Positions 41,429 to 51,896 of a stretch of DNA of 64,000 bases are shown here, piece by piece. Made by a program: the position numbers and the translations under genes. The notes below the pieces were generated by a model that was not told where the DNA came from, searched no databases, and was given only the letters and a program-made list of their open reading frames with translations. The stretch is from a candidate division FCPU426 bacterium (GTDB taxonomy: Bacteria > Oederibacteriota > Muellerivitia > Muellerivitales > Muellerivitaceae). The stretch spans positions 256,001-320,000 of the forward strand of contig CAWCKJ010000003.1 of NCBI GenBank assembly GCA_963796105.1, given 5' to 3'. Positions within the stretch are counted from its first letter, which is position 1, and each line of letters begins with the position of its first letter.

Positions 41429-42193
41429 TTGAGAATCGCCCGGCTCCTTCATAACAACAAAGCCCGATGGGCCATGCTCCTGGAATCCGTGGATACCTAC
41501 CGGGTTTTCCAATCGGATGAGCCCTGGAATGACACGACCCTGGACGCGAAATCATATCCTTTCAAGGAAGCCCAGCTTCTGGCCCCGTCCCTTCCGTCGA
41601 AAATCATCGGTGTGGGTTTGAATTACTTGGATCACATGAAGGAAATGGGTCATGAGAAACCCAAAAACCCGATTCTCTTCCTGAAACCACCTTCCAGCCT
41701 GTTGAACCCTGGGGGCTCCATCCCTTATCCTCCTTCCGCCGCAAGAGTGGACCACGAGGCCGAATTGGCGGTGGTCTTGAAAGCCCGGTTGAAAAACGCC
41801 GAGCCCGCGGAGGCTCTCAAGGCGGTATGGGGATTTACCTGTTGCAACGATGTGACAGCCCGCGATTTGCAAAAAGCCGACGGGCAATGGACCCGCGCGA
41901 AAGGCTTCGACGGTTTTTGCCCCCTGGGACCCTGGCTCGTGACGGATTTCGTGGAGAAGGACCAGAAAATTGTCTGCAGGTTGAATGGCGAGGTAAAGCA
42001 ATCCTCGAAAATTTCACAGAGGATTTGGAACACGGCTGAATTGCTATCTTTCATATCCAAAGCAATGACCTTGGAGCCTTTGGATGTGATCACCACCGGC
42101 ACTTCCGGCGGAATTAGCCCGATGAAGTTGGGGGAAATGGTCGAGGTGGAAATAGAGGGCATTGGGATCCTAAGAAATACAGTCGGAAACTGA
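41429..42193 (+). CDS. Fumarylacetoacetate hydrolase family protein
   Basis: GVGLNY, FLKP, HEAEL, NDVTARDLQ, KGFDGFCPLGP, TGT. Confidence 0.93.
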   Translation: MRIARLLHNNKARWAMLLESVDTYRVFQSDEPWNDTTLDAKSYPFKEAQLLAPSLPSKIIGVGLNYLDHMKEMGHEKPKNPILFLKPPSSLLNPGGSIPYPPSAARVDHEAELAVVLKARLKNAEPAEALKAVWGFTCCNDVTARDLQKADGQWTRAKGFDGFCPLGPWLVTDFVEKDQKIVCRLNGEVKQSSKISQRIWNTAELLSFISKAMTLEPLDVITTGTSGGISPMKLGEMVEVEIEGIGILRNTVGN

Positions 42194-42234
42194 TTACAAA
42201 ATCCAGAGAATGCCTTTAGATTCTTAGGTGGTAT

Positions 42235-42720
42235 ATGACAACAGTTTATCTTTCACTGGGCTCGAATTTAGGCGATCGGGCCAAATACCTGGCGGAAGCG
42301 CGGTTGGCCCTGGAAAAGGATTTTGCCAATGCCCGGTTCTCAAGCGTCTATGAAACAGAGCCGGTGGACTATAAGAATCAAGGCTGGTTTTTAAACCAGG
42401 TGGCTGAAGTTCAAACCGGAATGGAACCAAAATCTTTGCTAGAATGGGCGCGCCAATTGGAAGCCAGTCAGGGCAGGCAAAGAGATATCCCAAAAGGGCC
42501 CAGAAGCCTGGATGTGGATATATTGCTTTACGGTGACTTGGTTTATCAGGATCAGGAACTGGTTTTGCCCCATCCTGCGATTCGCTTCAGGAGGCATGTT
42601 TTAATCCCACTAGCGGAGCTAGCCGAGGCTAAAATACTGCCGGATCTCAAGTTGACAGTGAAAGAAGCGCTTAAATTGACTCAAGATGATTCAAAGGTGA
42701 ATCCATATGCTCCATCATAA
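42235..42720 (+). CDS. folK: HPPK (folate biosynthesis)
   Basis: LSLGSNLG, FLNQV, GPRSLDVDIL, LPHP. Confidence 0.95.
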   Translation: MTTVYLSLGSNLGDRAKYLAEARLALEKDFANARFSSVYETEPVDYKNQGWFLNQVAEVQTGMEPKSLLEWARQLEASQGRQRDIPKGPRSLDVDILLYGDLVYQDQELVLPHPAIRFRRHVLIPLAELAEAKILPDLKLTVKEALKLTQDDSKVNPYAPS

Positions 42721-43351
42721 GTACATCGCTATCGAGGGCCCCATCGGCGTCGGCAAAACCAGCTTGGCCGAGATCCTTTCTAAAAAACTCAATACCCGCC
42801 TGATTTTAGAGGGCGCGGAAAACAACCCCTTCATCCACCATTTTTACAGCAACATGGAAAAACACGCCTTCCAAACCCAGTTGTTCTTTCTTCTCACCCG
42901 GTACAAGCAACAGCAGGACATGGCCCAAAGCGACCTTTTCCAACAAGGATTGATCAGCGATTATCTCTTCGCGAAAGACCGGATCTTCGCTAACCTCACA
43001 CTCAACGATAACGAGTTAAAACTTTATGAGCAAATTCACTCCATCCTCAATGGCAGGGTCTTGAAGCCTGATTTCGTGATTTACCTCCAAGCCTCCACAG
43101 ATGTTCTTTTGAAGCGCATCTCCGGGAGGGGCAGGAAATTCGAGTCCCAAATCACGGGGGATTACCTCGCCGAATTGAACCAGGCCTATAACTATTATTT
43201 CTTCCATTACGAGGAAACGCCCTTGATGGTCGTAAACACCAGCGAAATTGATTTCGTCCACCGCGACGCGGACTTGGATGATCTATTGACTCATCTGGCG
43301 AAGGTCACCAAAGGGACGGTTTATTACCAGCCTGTCAGCTTGAAGAAATAA
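42707..43351 (+). CDS. Deoxynucleoside kinase
   Basis: IEGPIGVGKTS, FQTQLFFL, RISGRGRKFE. Confidence 0.93.
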   Translation: MLHHKYIAIEGPIGVGKTSLAEILSKKLNTRLILEGAENNPFIHHFYSNMEKHAFQTQLFFLLTRYKQQQDMAQSDLFQQGLISDYLFAKDRIFANLTLNDNELKLYEQIHSILNGRVLKPDFVIYLQASTDVLLKRISGRGRKFESQITGDYLAELNQAYNYYFFHYEETPLMVVNTSEIDFVHRDADLDDLLTHLAKVTKGTVYYQPVSLKK

Positions 43352-43468
43352 AGGACACGCCTAATACTTATTGGTCACCTTCTCCCTAGAGAGGTGAAGG
43401 CTGGGATGAGGGTGGTAATATCTTAAACAAGAACCCCTCACCCTACCCTCTCCCTCAAGGGGCGAGGG
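43352..43468. repeat. Family A element, copy 3 (reverse orientation, one end degenerate)
   Basis: CCCCTCACCCTACCCTCTCCCTCAAGGGGCGAGGG is the exact reverse complement of the family A core. Confidence 0.8.
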
Positions 43469-43521
43469 TAAATAAAGAATTTTTATCTTTAAACAAAAAT
43501 TAAAGACTGGCAAAAACTCTC

Positions 43522-44307
43522 ATGACTAAAAGAATGACCACCTTGGACTTCATCAAGAAAAGCGACGACGGGGAAAAACTCGTCGTTTGCACCGCTTACG
43601 ATTATTCCATGGCCTTGGCCGTGGACGCCGCTGGGGTGGATGCCATCCTCGTGGGGGACAGCCTCAACATGACCATGTTGGGCAGGGAAAACACCCTTAC
43701 TGCCACCATGGATGAAATGATTCACCATTGCAGGGCGGTTGCCAGGGGCACCAAGCAGGCTATGGTCATCGCGGACATGCCTTTTCTTTCCTACCAGTTG
43801 GAGCAGGAGGAAGCCCTTGAGAACGCCGGTTTGTTCCTGACGGAAGGAGGAGCCCAGGCCGTTAAATTGGAGTGGTGTCCCCAAGCCGCTGAAGTGACTT
43901 CTTTCCTCGTCCAAAACGGAATTCCTGTCATGGGTCACGTGGGGTTCACGCCCCAGCATATCCACCAATTGGGTGGTTACCATCAGCAGGGCAAAGATTC
44001 GGCTTCCGCCGCCAGACTGATTAAAGAAGCCAAGGCCTTGGAATCAGCCGGGGCCTTCTCCATTGTCTTGGAGTTGGTATCCCCGGAAATCGCCCGTAAA
44101 ATCACCCAAAGACTTCAAATTCCGACCATAGGCATTGGCGCTGGACCCCATTGTGACGGCCAAGTCCAGGTTCTGCATGATCTCCTGGGACTATTACCAG
44201 ATTTCCAACCCAAACACGCCAAGGCTTATTTGAAGCTCCACGAGGAAATTAAAAAGGCAATCAAGCTCTATGCCGATGAAGTTCGTTCCGGAAAGTTCCC
44301 CTCTTAA
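43522..44307 (+). CDS. panB: Ketopantoate hydroxymethyltransferase
   Basis: TAYD, LVGDS, DMPF, GHVGFTPQ, TIGIGAG. Confidence 0.97.
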   Translation: MTKRMTTLDFIKKSDDGEKLVVCTAYDYSMALAVDAAGVDAILVGDSLNMTMLGRENTLTATMDEMIHHCRAVARGTKQAMVIADMPFLSYQLEQEEALENAGLFLTEGGAQAVKLEWCPQAAEVTSFLVQNGIPVMGHVGFTPQHIHQLGGYHQQGKDSASAARLIKEAKALESAGAFSIVLELVSPEIARKITQRLQIPTIGIGAGPHCDGQVQVLHDLLGLLPDFQPKHAKAYLKLHEEIKKAIKLYADEVRSGKFPS

Positions 44308-44475
44308 AATTTTCGATTTAACCGAGACTCTCCTTATCCCAATTCCTTAATTCATTTTTTCAAGTCATCATAGTTAACTGTTTAAAGTTATAATTCATGG
44401 TCGATATGTTGAGATCGGTTGTCCGCACTGGATACCCATCGTGGAAAAAGAAAAAAACGAAAAGGTTGCAAAATA

Positions 44476-45366
44476 ATGAAAATATTATTTTTAATGTTTT
44501 TCCTTTCCTCATTAATTTCATCCGTTTGTTATTGTTCAGATCCCACTAACTACTTTATAAGGGTCCAAATCACTCTAAATAATGGTCAAGTGTTCGAGGG
44601 TTATTTGCCTACCAATATCGAAATGGGGGACGAATTTTATAATGGTCCGCTTCCCTCATATATCCAAAGTCTAAAAGATAGAATGAATTATTTTAAAAAT
44701 CATACAGATGATAATTATTTGATTTTATTGCATGAAGCAATTCACCGTTCGTACGAGGGATTTGATGAAAATGCAAGATCATCTTATTTCAAAAAACGCA
44801 AATTCACGATTTATCAAAAATTTTATAATGTTACTTGGTCCACAATTGTTGAAGAGGATGATGTTAAAACTATTTCGGTCACGGATATAAAGATAATCGA
44901 AAAAGATGAAAAACTTCCTAAAACGATGAACAATGCAGCTGGTTTAACTATTTTGAAGAAATCCGAAATGAAGTTGTTTAAAAGTGGTCCGCCAAAGGTT
45001 GTAATTTTGTTAACAGATGATAGTGGACTATCGTTTTCCAAAGTGATGTTCTACGAAAATTTTTCCCTTTCTAAGATTTTGAGTCTTTTGTTTTGCATCG
45101 AGAATTACGGTTCCCTTGAATATAAAGGTTTAAACCTTAATTTTAGGAGCATTAAGGAAAAGGAAAAGAACACTAAAAATATAAATTCAAGTTCATTACC
45201 AAAAGAAGAAAAAATGGCATTTTTAAGTTTTTGTGAAAAGACGAATAAGTTATTTTTGAACAGTGATCATATTTCATCGGGTTGTGATAAATGTAAACAT
45301 TTGGCGGGGATTGATGAACTAAAAAGGAAATATAAAGTATTGGTTTTTGAAACTGATGAAGATTGA
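44476..45366 (+). CDS. AT-rich secreted hypothetical protein
   Basis: Signal-like MKILFLMFFLSSLISSVC; visibly lower GC than panB/panC; C-terminal CxxC. Confidence 0.7.
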   Translation: MKILFLMFFLSSLISSVCYCSDPTNYFIRVQITLNNGQVFEGYLPTNIEMGDEFYNGPLPSYIQSLKDRMNYFKNHTDDNYLILLHEAIHRSYEGFDENARSSYFKKRKFTIYQKFYNVTWSTIVEEDDVKTISVTDIKIIEKDEKLPKTMNNAAGLTILKKSEMKLFKSGPPKVVILLTDDSGLSFSKVMFYENFSLSKILSLLFCIENYGSLEYKGLNLNFRSIKEKEKNTKNINSSSLPKEEKMAFLSFCEKTNKLFLNSDHISSGCDKCKHLAGIDELKRKYKVLVFETDED

Positions 45367-45428
45367 TTGTTCCTTTTGGGGACTCGTCATGGACAACAGT
45401 TTTTACGTTAAGAATTTAAGGGAATTAC

Positions 45429-46274
45429 ATGAAACTCATTACTAAAGCACAAACCATGCTGGACCAAAGCCTGAAATGGCGGCAGGAAAAGAAATCAATC
45501 GGTTTCGTCCCTACCATGGGCGCGCTTCACGCTGGTCATTTGGAATTGGTTAAGGTTTCTAAAAAAGAAAACCAGATCACGATCGTTTCCATTTTCGTCA
45601 ATCCAACCCAATTCGGGCCTTCCGAAGATTTCCTCAGATACCCCCGAACCTTGGATAAAGATAGGGAGCTTCTAAAGCCATTGAAAATCAACGCTTTGTT
45701 TAACCCGAACAAAAGGGAAATGTATCCTCCGGTGTTTTCTTCCAAAGTCATCGTATCCGGAAGCTTGGTGCGGAATCTCTGTGGGCCTCATCGTCCTGGC
45801 CATTTTGACGGCGTGGCGACGGTCGTGGCAAAACTCCTGGCTATTACCCAACCTACACGCCTTTATCTTGGCCAAAAAGACGCCCAACAAACGGCCGTCC
45901 TTAAGCAAGTCATCAAGGATTTGAATATCCCAGTTATTCCTATCATCTGCCCCATTGTGCGGGAGCACGACGGCCTGGCAATGAGTTCGCGGAACTTGAA
46001 TCTCACTCTTCAAGGCCGCAAGATCGCTCCGACCCTTTACCGAGCCCTCAAGGTGGGGAAGAGCATCGTGGACCTGGGGGAAAGCGACCTCACAAAAGTT
46101 ATAAAAGAGATTAAAAAAGTGATCCTGGAAAACAATAGGTTCGAACTCCAATATCTTGAGGCTGTTGACTCCGAAAACTTGGAACCCTTGAAACGAATCA
46201 AGCCCGGCCATACTTTAATCGCGTTGGCTGCATACCTTGACAATGTTCGGCTGATTGACAATATTATTGTTTAA
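45429..46274 (+). CDS. panC: Pantothenate synthetase
   Basis: PTMGALHAGH, FVNPTQF, RPGHFDGV, GQKDAQQ, GLAMSSRN, RLIDN. Confidence 0.97.
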   Translation: MKLITKAQTMLDQSLKWRQEKKSIGFVPTMGALHAGHLELVKVSKKENQITIVSIFVNPTQFGPSEDFLRYPRTLDKDRELLKPLKINALFNPNKREMYPPVFSSKVIVSGSLVRNLCGPHRPGHFDGVATVVAKLLAITQPTRLYLGQKDAQQTAVLKQVIKDLNIPVIPIICPIVREHDGLAMSSRNLNLTLQGRKIAPTLYRALKVGKSIVDLGESDLTKVIKEIKKVILENNRFELQYLEAVDSENLEPLKRIKPGHTLIALAAYLDNVRLIDNIIV

Positions 46275-46537
46275 TAGTTAACCCATTCCGATTTGACTCA
46301 ATACCCAAATCCTTATTTGCCAGCTATTCAATCAACTTTGATCACATCCTCTTAAAATAATCTTTGGCCAATGAGCCAAAGGGGGCAGATGCATGGGATT
46401 AATTAAAAATTTAAAATTAAGAATTTAAAATTCGCGTTATTCCACCCAAAAACGCGCTAGGGGGGTTTTAATCAGTTAATCCTTTCGTTAAACTATCTGC
46501 CATTCTTGATGGGCTTTTTACAGGAGAATAAAGTTAA

Positions 46538-46903
46538 ATGGCTAGAATTTTCGTCAAATCCAAAATCCAAAAAGCGACCGTGACCCAAACGGACCTCCAA
46601 TACGAGGGAAGCATCACGCTCGATCCCAAGCTTATGCGCGCCGCCGATATCGCGCCCTATGAGCAGGTCCATGTACTTAACCTGAACAACGGGGCCCGCC
46701 TGGAAACCTACGCCATCGAGGGAAAACTTAATTCCGGTGTTGTTTGCCTGAATGGGGCCGCGGCCAGGCACGCAGAAAAAGGGGATTTGGTCATCGTCCT
46801 GACCTATGAGTCTTTTCCCCAGCTTCCGCCGGCAGGCTACAAACCTAAGGTGGTTTGGGTGGATGCTAAGAACAGGATCAAGAAAGTCGTGAAGGGGAGC
46901 TGA
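46538..46903 (+). CDS. panD: Aspartate 1-decarboxylase
   Basis: YEGSIT cleavage motif, NGARLETY, LNGAAAR. Confidence 0.96.
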   Translation: MARIFVKSKIQKATVTQTDLQYEGSITLDPKLMRAADIAPYEQVHVLNLNNGARLETYAIEGKLNSGVVCLNGAAARHAEKGDLVIVLTYESFPQLPPAGYKPKVVWVDAKNRIKKVVKGS

Positions 46904-46905
46904 CC

Positions 46906-47841
46906 ATGTCCTTGGACCTATTCCTGGATGACGAGGAACTTTGTTCCCGGATTGGGGAACTAAAAAAAGAGCGTAACGCCGTCATCCTGGCCCATAGCTA
47001 TGAGAGGCCGGAAGTTCAGGATATCGCCGACCACGTGGGGGATTCCCTGGAGTTGTCCCGCTTGGCGGCCAAGACCGACGCGGATGTCATCGTCTTTTGC
47101 AGTGTGATGTTCATGGCCGAGACGGCCAAGATCCTCTCCCCAGAGAAAATAGTCCTTCTCCCAGCCGCGGAGGCAGGATGTCCCCTGGCAGATATGATCA
47201 CTCCCGCCCAGTTGGCGGCGGAAAAAGCCAAGCATCCCGACGCGGCGGTCGTGGCCTATGTCAACTGCTCCGCCGAGATCAAATCCATGTCGGACGTGTG
47301 CTGTACCTCAGCCAACGCGGTACAGGTGGTCAACGACGTTGATGCCGATGAAATCCTTTTCGTTCCCGACCAGCACTTGGGCCGGTGGGTGCAAACCCAG
47401 ACGAACAAGAAGCTGATCCTTTGGCCTGGCTGCTGCCCCACCCACCAGCGCATGAAACCCAAGGATATCTTGGACATGAAACGCGGCCACCCGGACGCAT
47501 TGGTGGTGGTGCACCCCGAGTCCAACGAGGACATTTGCAATCTGGCGGACGAGATTCTTTCCACCTCCCAAATGCTGCGTTTTTGCCAGACCTCCAGCGC
47601 CAAGACCTTCATCATCGGAACCGAGATGGGCCTTTTGCACCGCCTGCGCAAAGCCATGCCTGACAAGTTATTCCTCCAGCCCAGCAAGGGATTGATCTGC
47701 CCCAACATGAAGATGACCCAGTTGGAGGACCTTTACGAATCCTTGAAAGAACTCAAGACGGCCATCGAGATACCAGAACCCATCCGAGTCAAGGCCCTCA
47801 GGGCTCTTGACGGAATGATAGCGGCGGTTCCATCCAAGTAA
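46906..47841 (+). CDS. nadA: Quinolinate synthase
   Basis: ILAHSY, GDSLELS, AGCPLAD, YVNCSA, CPTH, HPE, CPNMK. Confidence 0.96.
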   Translation: MSLDLFLDDEELCSRIGELKKERNAVILAHSYERPEVQDIADHVGDSLELSRLAAKTDADVIVFCSVMFMAETAKILSPEKIVLLPAAEAGCPLADMITPAQLAAEKAKHPDAAVVAYVNCSAEIKSMSDVCCTSANAVQVVNDVDADEILFVPDQHLGRWVQTQTNKKLILWPGCCPTHQRMKPKDILDMKRGHPDALVVVHPESNEDICNLADEILSTSQMLRFCQTSSAKTFIIGTEMGLLHRLRKAMPDKLFLQPSKGLICPNMKMTQLEDLYESLKELKTAIEIPEPIRVKALRALDGMIAAVPSK

Positions 47842-48089
47842 GCGTTGTGGTTCTAAAACACGGTTTGGGCATTCCGGTCGCGGGACCAACAGCTCGGTCG
47901 GTGAATCCTTCCTGGAAAAACTCGAATTCAAGTCTGAACCTGTCCCCAAAAAAGAACCTTGCCCAGGCTGAAAAAGCCTTATATCTTTAAAGACGTTGTT
48001 TCGGGCGCTATCATGTTTTTTCCCTCTAAATGTGAACGTAGCGGCTTCACTGCTTGAAAGCTTTATAGAAGAAGGAGTCGAATTACTCC

Positions 48090-49035
48090 ATGCCTATCGC
48101 GATAACCATCAAGAGCCTATCCAAGACCTATAAAACCGGGTTCTGGTTTAAACCCAAAGTCACCCACGCCTTGAAATCCCTTTCCCTTGAGATCCCGCGA
48201 AAAGGAAGCCTTCGGACTCCTGGGCTTGAACGGGGCGGGGAAGACCACCACTATAAAATTAATCCTGGGCCTCCTGAAGGCGACCACCGGCGACATCACC
48301 GTCCTGGGCGGGAAAATCTCTGACCGGTCAATCCGCGAAAAAATCGGCTATCTCCCGGAGATGCCTTATTTCTCGAAACAGCACACAGGCCGGGAAATCC
48401 TCGAGTACTACGGCTCCCTCTGCGGTTTAACAGGCAAAGCCCTGTCCCAGCGGGTGGACGAGGTTCTGGACCTCGTCCGCATGACCAACGCGTCGCGCCA
48501 ACGGATTGCCGGTTATTCCAAGGGCATGCAACAGAGAATCGGAATCGGCCAAGCCTTGATCGGGAAACCCCTCCTCTTGGTCTGCGACGAGCCCATGAGC
48601 GGCTTGGACCCGGTGGGTTACAAGGAAATGCGCGATATCTTCCTGGACTTGAAAAAGACCGGCACGACTCTTTTCCTGAACACCCATATCCTGGATGAGG
48701 TGGAAAGGATCTGCGACAGGGTCGGTGTTTTACACGAGGGAATGCTGGCGGATGTCGCGACTATTCCCAGCATCATGGAATCCTCGATCCCGGTGGATTA
48801 CTGGGTGGAAGTCCCGAAATCGGACGCGTCCAAACTTTCCGGAATGCCTTTCCAGGAATCCATCGCCAAACTCGGGGGAGTCCAAGTGGCTGGCATGGTC
48901 CTTCCGGAAACCCTGACCTTATTGACCGCCAGCAGGGCCGTTGTCAAAGGCATCCGGCCCCTTTCCTCGATCGTCGAGGCTTATTTCCTGAAAACCATCG
49001 GCGCCGATTCGTCCTTGACCCAAGGGAGGCGGTAA
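48090..49035 (+). pseudogene. ABC ATP-binding protein (PilH-like), frameshifted near 48197
   Basis: LSKTYKTGFW...LSLEIP in one frame, EKEAFGLLGLNGAGKTT in the +1 frame; one extra base in ATCCCGCGAA; could be a sequencing error. Confidence 0.8.
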
Positions 49036-49036
49036 G

Positions 49037-49813
49037 ATGAACAGAATCCTGAGAGTCTGCGGATATACCTTCCGGGAACTGGTCCGAAGCAAGATGCTTT
49101 ATATCTGGATCATCAGCGTGGTGGTCCTTTGCGGGCTGGCCTTCCTGCTTTCCCTCCTGAGCTTCGGGGAAGTCCACAAAATCTTCATGGACCTGGGACT
49201 GGTCGGCATGGAAATGACGGGTCTGCTCGTGCTTTTATTGAGCCTGGCAGTGACTTACGCCACCGATATGGACCAGAAGGCCATCTATCTTCAAATGGCC
49301 AAGCCCATCACAAGGGGGGAATACCTCATGGGCCGGGTCCTGGGTTTTTTCAGCGTGATCGCCCTGGTGGTGGTGGGAATGGGAGCCATTGTGGTGGGCC
49401 TGGTTGTTTTCGTCGGCGGAGGCCAAGTACCCCCTCTTTTTTACGCCTGCGCGGCCTTCACCCTCCTGGAGCTGTTCCTCCTGACGGTATTGGGACTGAC
49501 CTTCCAGATGATCTCCACATCCATGGTGGGTGTTTTTCTCTATTCCTTTTTCACCATTTTCCTGGGCCACTTGATCGGGGAAGTCCAATGGCTTCTCCAA
49601 CAGCAAATCGGCCCCGGACTCAAGCACATCCTCCAGGTCGTGTATTACTGCCTTCCCAACCTGGAGATTTTCAACCTCAAGGACCGGTTATATGACCCCG
49701 CGCTGGTGCTGGGCTGGGCCCAATGGAGGGATGTCATCCTCTACACCTTCGCTTATTCCTTCGTGGTCTTCCTTATCGGCTGGATCAACCTTGAAAAAAG
49801 GGAATTCCGTTGA
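49037..49813 (+). CDS. ABC-2 permease (PilI-like)
   Basis: TFRELVRSK, KPITRGEYLMGR, LPNLEIFN; multiple TM helices. Confidence 0.88.
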   Translation: MNRILRVCGYTFRELVRSKMLYIWIISVVVLCGLAFLLSLLSFGEVHKIFMDLGLVGMEMTGLLVLLLSLAVTYATDMDQKAIYLQMAKPITRGEYLMGRVLGFFSVIALVVVGMGAIVVGLVVFVGGGQVPPLFYACAAFTLLELFLLTVLGLTFQMISTSMVGVFLYSFFTIFLGHLIGEVQWLLQQQIGPGLKHILQVVYYCLPNLEIFNLKDRLYDPALVLGWAQWRDVILYTFAYSFVVFLIGWINLEKREFR

Positions 49814-50547
49814 GATCCCAGCCGCTCTACAACAGGTTCATGAAGCTGGCGCCATATTTCCTCGCCGCGGTATTCATCATCCAGGCGGTTTTTTCCCGGC
49901 ATCTGGACTCCTGGGTCCATCCCGTGCCTTTTGAATCCGGCCAGGTCCAGCACATGGACAAGAGAACAGCCTCCACGGTCCGGGCCCTGGCCTTTCTCGG
50001 CGGCTTCAAGGTCCTGGTGGGGCATTTATTTTGGATCCAAGTCATCCAGTACTACGGCGACGCTGATAACTCATTGGACCGCTATTCGAAATTATACGAT
50101 TACTGCAACCTGGCCTCAGATTTGAATCCCCAATTCGTTCCCATCTACACCTACGGCGCCGCCGCCCTGGCCTTTCACCTGAAACGAATCGGCCAAGCCG
50201 AGGAACTCCTGCAAAAAGGCATAAGCAACAACCCGAAAGAAAACCGTTTGAAATTCATGATGGCGGCCATCCTTTATCAGCACGCTGAGAATTACCAAAG
50301 GGTGATCCCTTTCCTGGAAGCGCAACTCGCGACGGGAGACGCGCCGGATATGCTGGTGAATATCCTGGCCAACACCTACATGAAGGTGAACCGCTTCAAC
50401 GACGCGATCCGGCTTTGGAAAAAAATATTGAGGGTATCGGATACGGACCAACAGAAGATCGAGGCCGGTGAAAAGCTCCAGGAAATCTACAACACTTTGA
50501 AAAAGTCAGGGCAAAACACCCAGGCAAAAGGCGAGACAAAACCCTAA
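49810..50547 (+). CDS. TPR-containing membrane protein accompanying the ABC exporter
   Basis: N-terminal TM, WIQVIQYYG, DLNPQF, helical repeats. Confidence 0.75.
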   Translation: MRSQPLYNRFMKLAPYFLAAVFIIQAVFSRHLDSWVHPVPFESGQVQHMDKRTASTVRALAFLGGFKVLVGHLFWIQVIQYYGDADNSLDRYSKLYDYCNLASDLNPQFVPIYTYGAAALAFHLKRIGQAEELLQKGISNNPKENRLKFMMAAILYQHAENYQRVIPFLEAQLATGDAPDMLVNILANTYMKVNRFNDAIRLWKKILRVSDTDQQKIEAGEKLQEIYNTLKKSGQNTQAKGETKP

Positions 50548-50570
50548 AAAGTAAAAACCTATTTTCACCA

Positions 50571-50648
50571 CATGCCGACTTTCTAAAAGAAATTAAGAGG
50601 TCGGTATGGTACCGATTTCCTTTTTCGTAATATGGAAAATCGGTACAG
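50571..50648 (+). mobile_element. Family C element, copy 3
   Basis: CATGCCGAC..GTCGGTATGGTACCGAT..ATCGGTACAG, inside a CACCACA|GGACACAGAG-type sequence. Confidence 0.78.
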
Positions 50649-50670
50649 GGACACAGAGAAAAACTTACTC

Positions 50671-50860
50671 AAAACCAAGTCCTTGGCCACAGATTCAGGG
50701 GATGCACTTGGATAGGCCAACGAAAAAGGCTTTAAATGTTTATGTTTATTAAATTTCATGAATCCCATGCATGCCAGCCTTCCATAAAACTTTTAAGAGG
50801 CTGGTATTGTACCGATTTCCATAATTGCTTTATGGTGAATCGGCACATCCGTGGCTAGAA
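50671..50860. repeat. Family D repeat (GCCACAGAT...ATCCGTGGC type), left copy, containing family C copy 4 (50770-50848)
   Basis: AAAACCAAGTC..GCCACAGATTCAGGGGATGCA...CCGTGGCTAG; inverted homolog at 51897-52204. Confidence 0.8.
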
Positions 50861-50940
50861 ATTATTTTGACAAGTGTAAAAAACTTATTAGTTTTCTGAA
50901 AAAAACAAAAACTTTCTAAAACCAAATACAAAGGACCTTC

Positions 50941-51862
50941 ATGATTCACCTGGTTACCTTGAACCCCGCTTTGGACCTATTCCTGGCCTTAAAAGAACCC
51001 TCAAAAGGGAAGATTGGGGAAGCGGCGTCCATGGATGGCTCCCGGGGGAAAAGCCCTAAATATCGCCCGTTTTATGAGAAAATGGGGCGTCAGGAACCGC
51101 GTTTGGCTGGGGACCGGCGGGGGTCAAGATCCCTCTCATGTCCTATTCCAGGCTCTCTTGAAAAGGGATGGAATCCCAGCCAGCTTCTTGAGCCAAAAGG
51201 CTCCCATCCGTTGGAACGTCGTAGTTCGCCAGAATAACCGCTCTCGAAAGTACAACCACCCCGGCTACCGGTTGGAACCAGGTTTGATGGCTAAGCTCAA
51301 AAGCAGGGTCCACAAAGGGGACTATCTTGTCATTACCGGCAGGCTCCCTCATGGCATGAAAGAATCTTTTTACGCCCACTCGGTCCGGTTCTTTGAGGCT
51401 CGGGGAGTCAAGACCATCGTGGATACGTCAGGTAAAGCTTTAGGTGAGGCTTTAAAGGCTATTCCGTGGTTCTTTAAAGTTAATCTTTATGAGCTCTCAG
51501 AGGCGTTGGGCCGCACGATTTCCCAATTGAACCAGGTTCCATCCATCGTGACAAAACAACTCATTCAAAAAGGCCTCGTCCACGGGGCTGTCACGGATGG
51601 GCCGAGGGGAGCGATTCTTTGGAGGGGTAATGAGTTCATCAAAGTCGACACCCAGAAGACGGCAAACCAATTAGTCATCGGAGCGGGGGATGGTTTCTTG
51701 GCTGGGTACCTGAAAGGTATTCTCGCCGGAAAATCCTTCGAGGATTGCGCGAAGTGGGCCTCCGCCTCAGGCGCAACGGTTGCTTCGAATGGGATTGAAG
51801 GGTTTGAGCCTAAAGAAGTCGTCAGGCAATTGAAATTTGTTAAGGTGCGTAATATAGGTTGA
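50941..51862 (+). pseudogene. PfkB/1-phosphofructokinase-family kinase, frameshifted near 51020-51040
   Basis: MIHLVTLNPALD in one frame; PGGKALNIAR, DTSG, KVNLYEL, GAGDGFLAG in the +1 frame. Confidence 0.82.
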
Positions 51863-51896
51863 TCTGATATTTTTGTACACACTTGTTCTAAATAGC

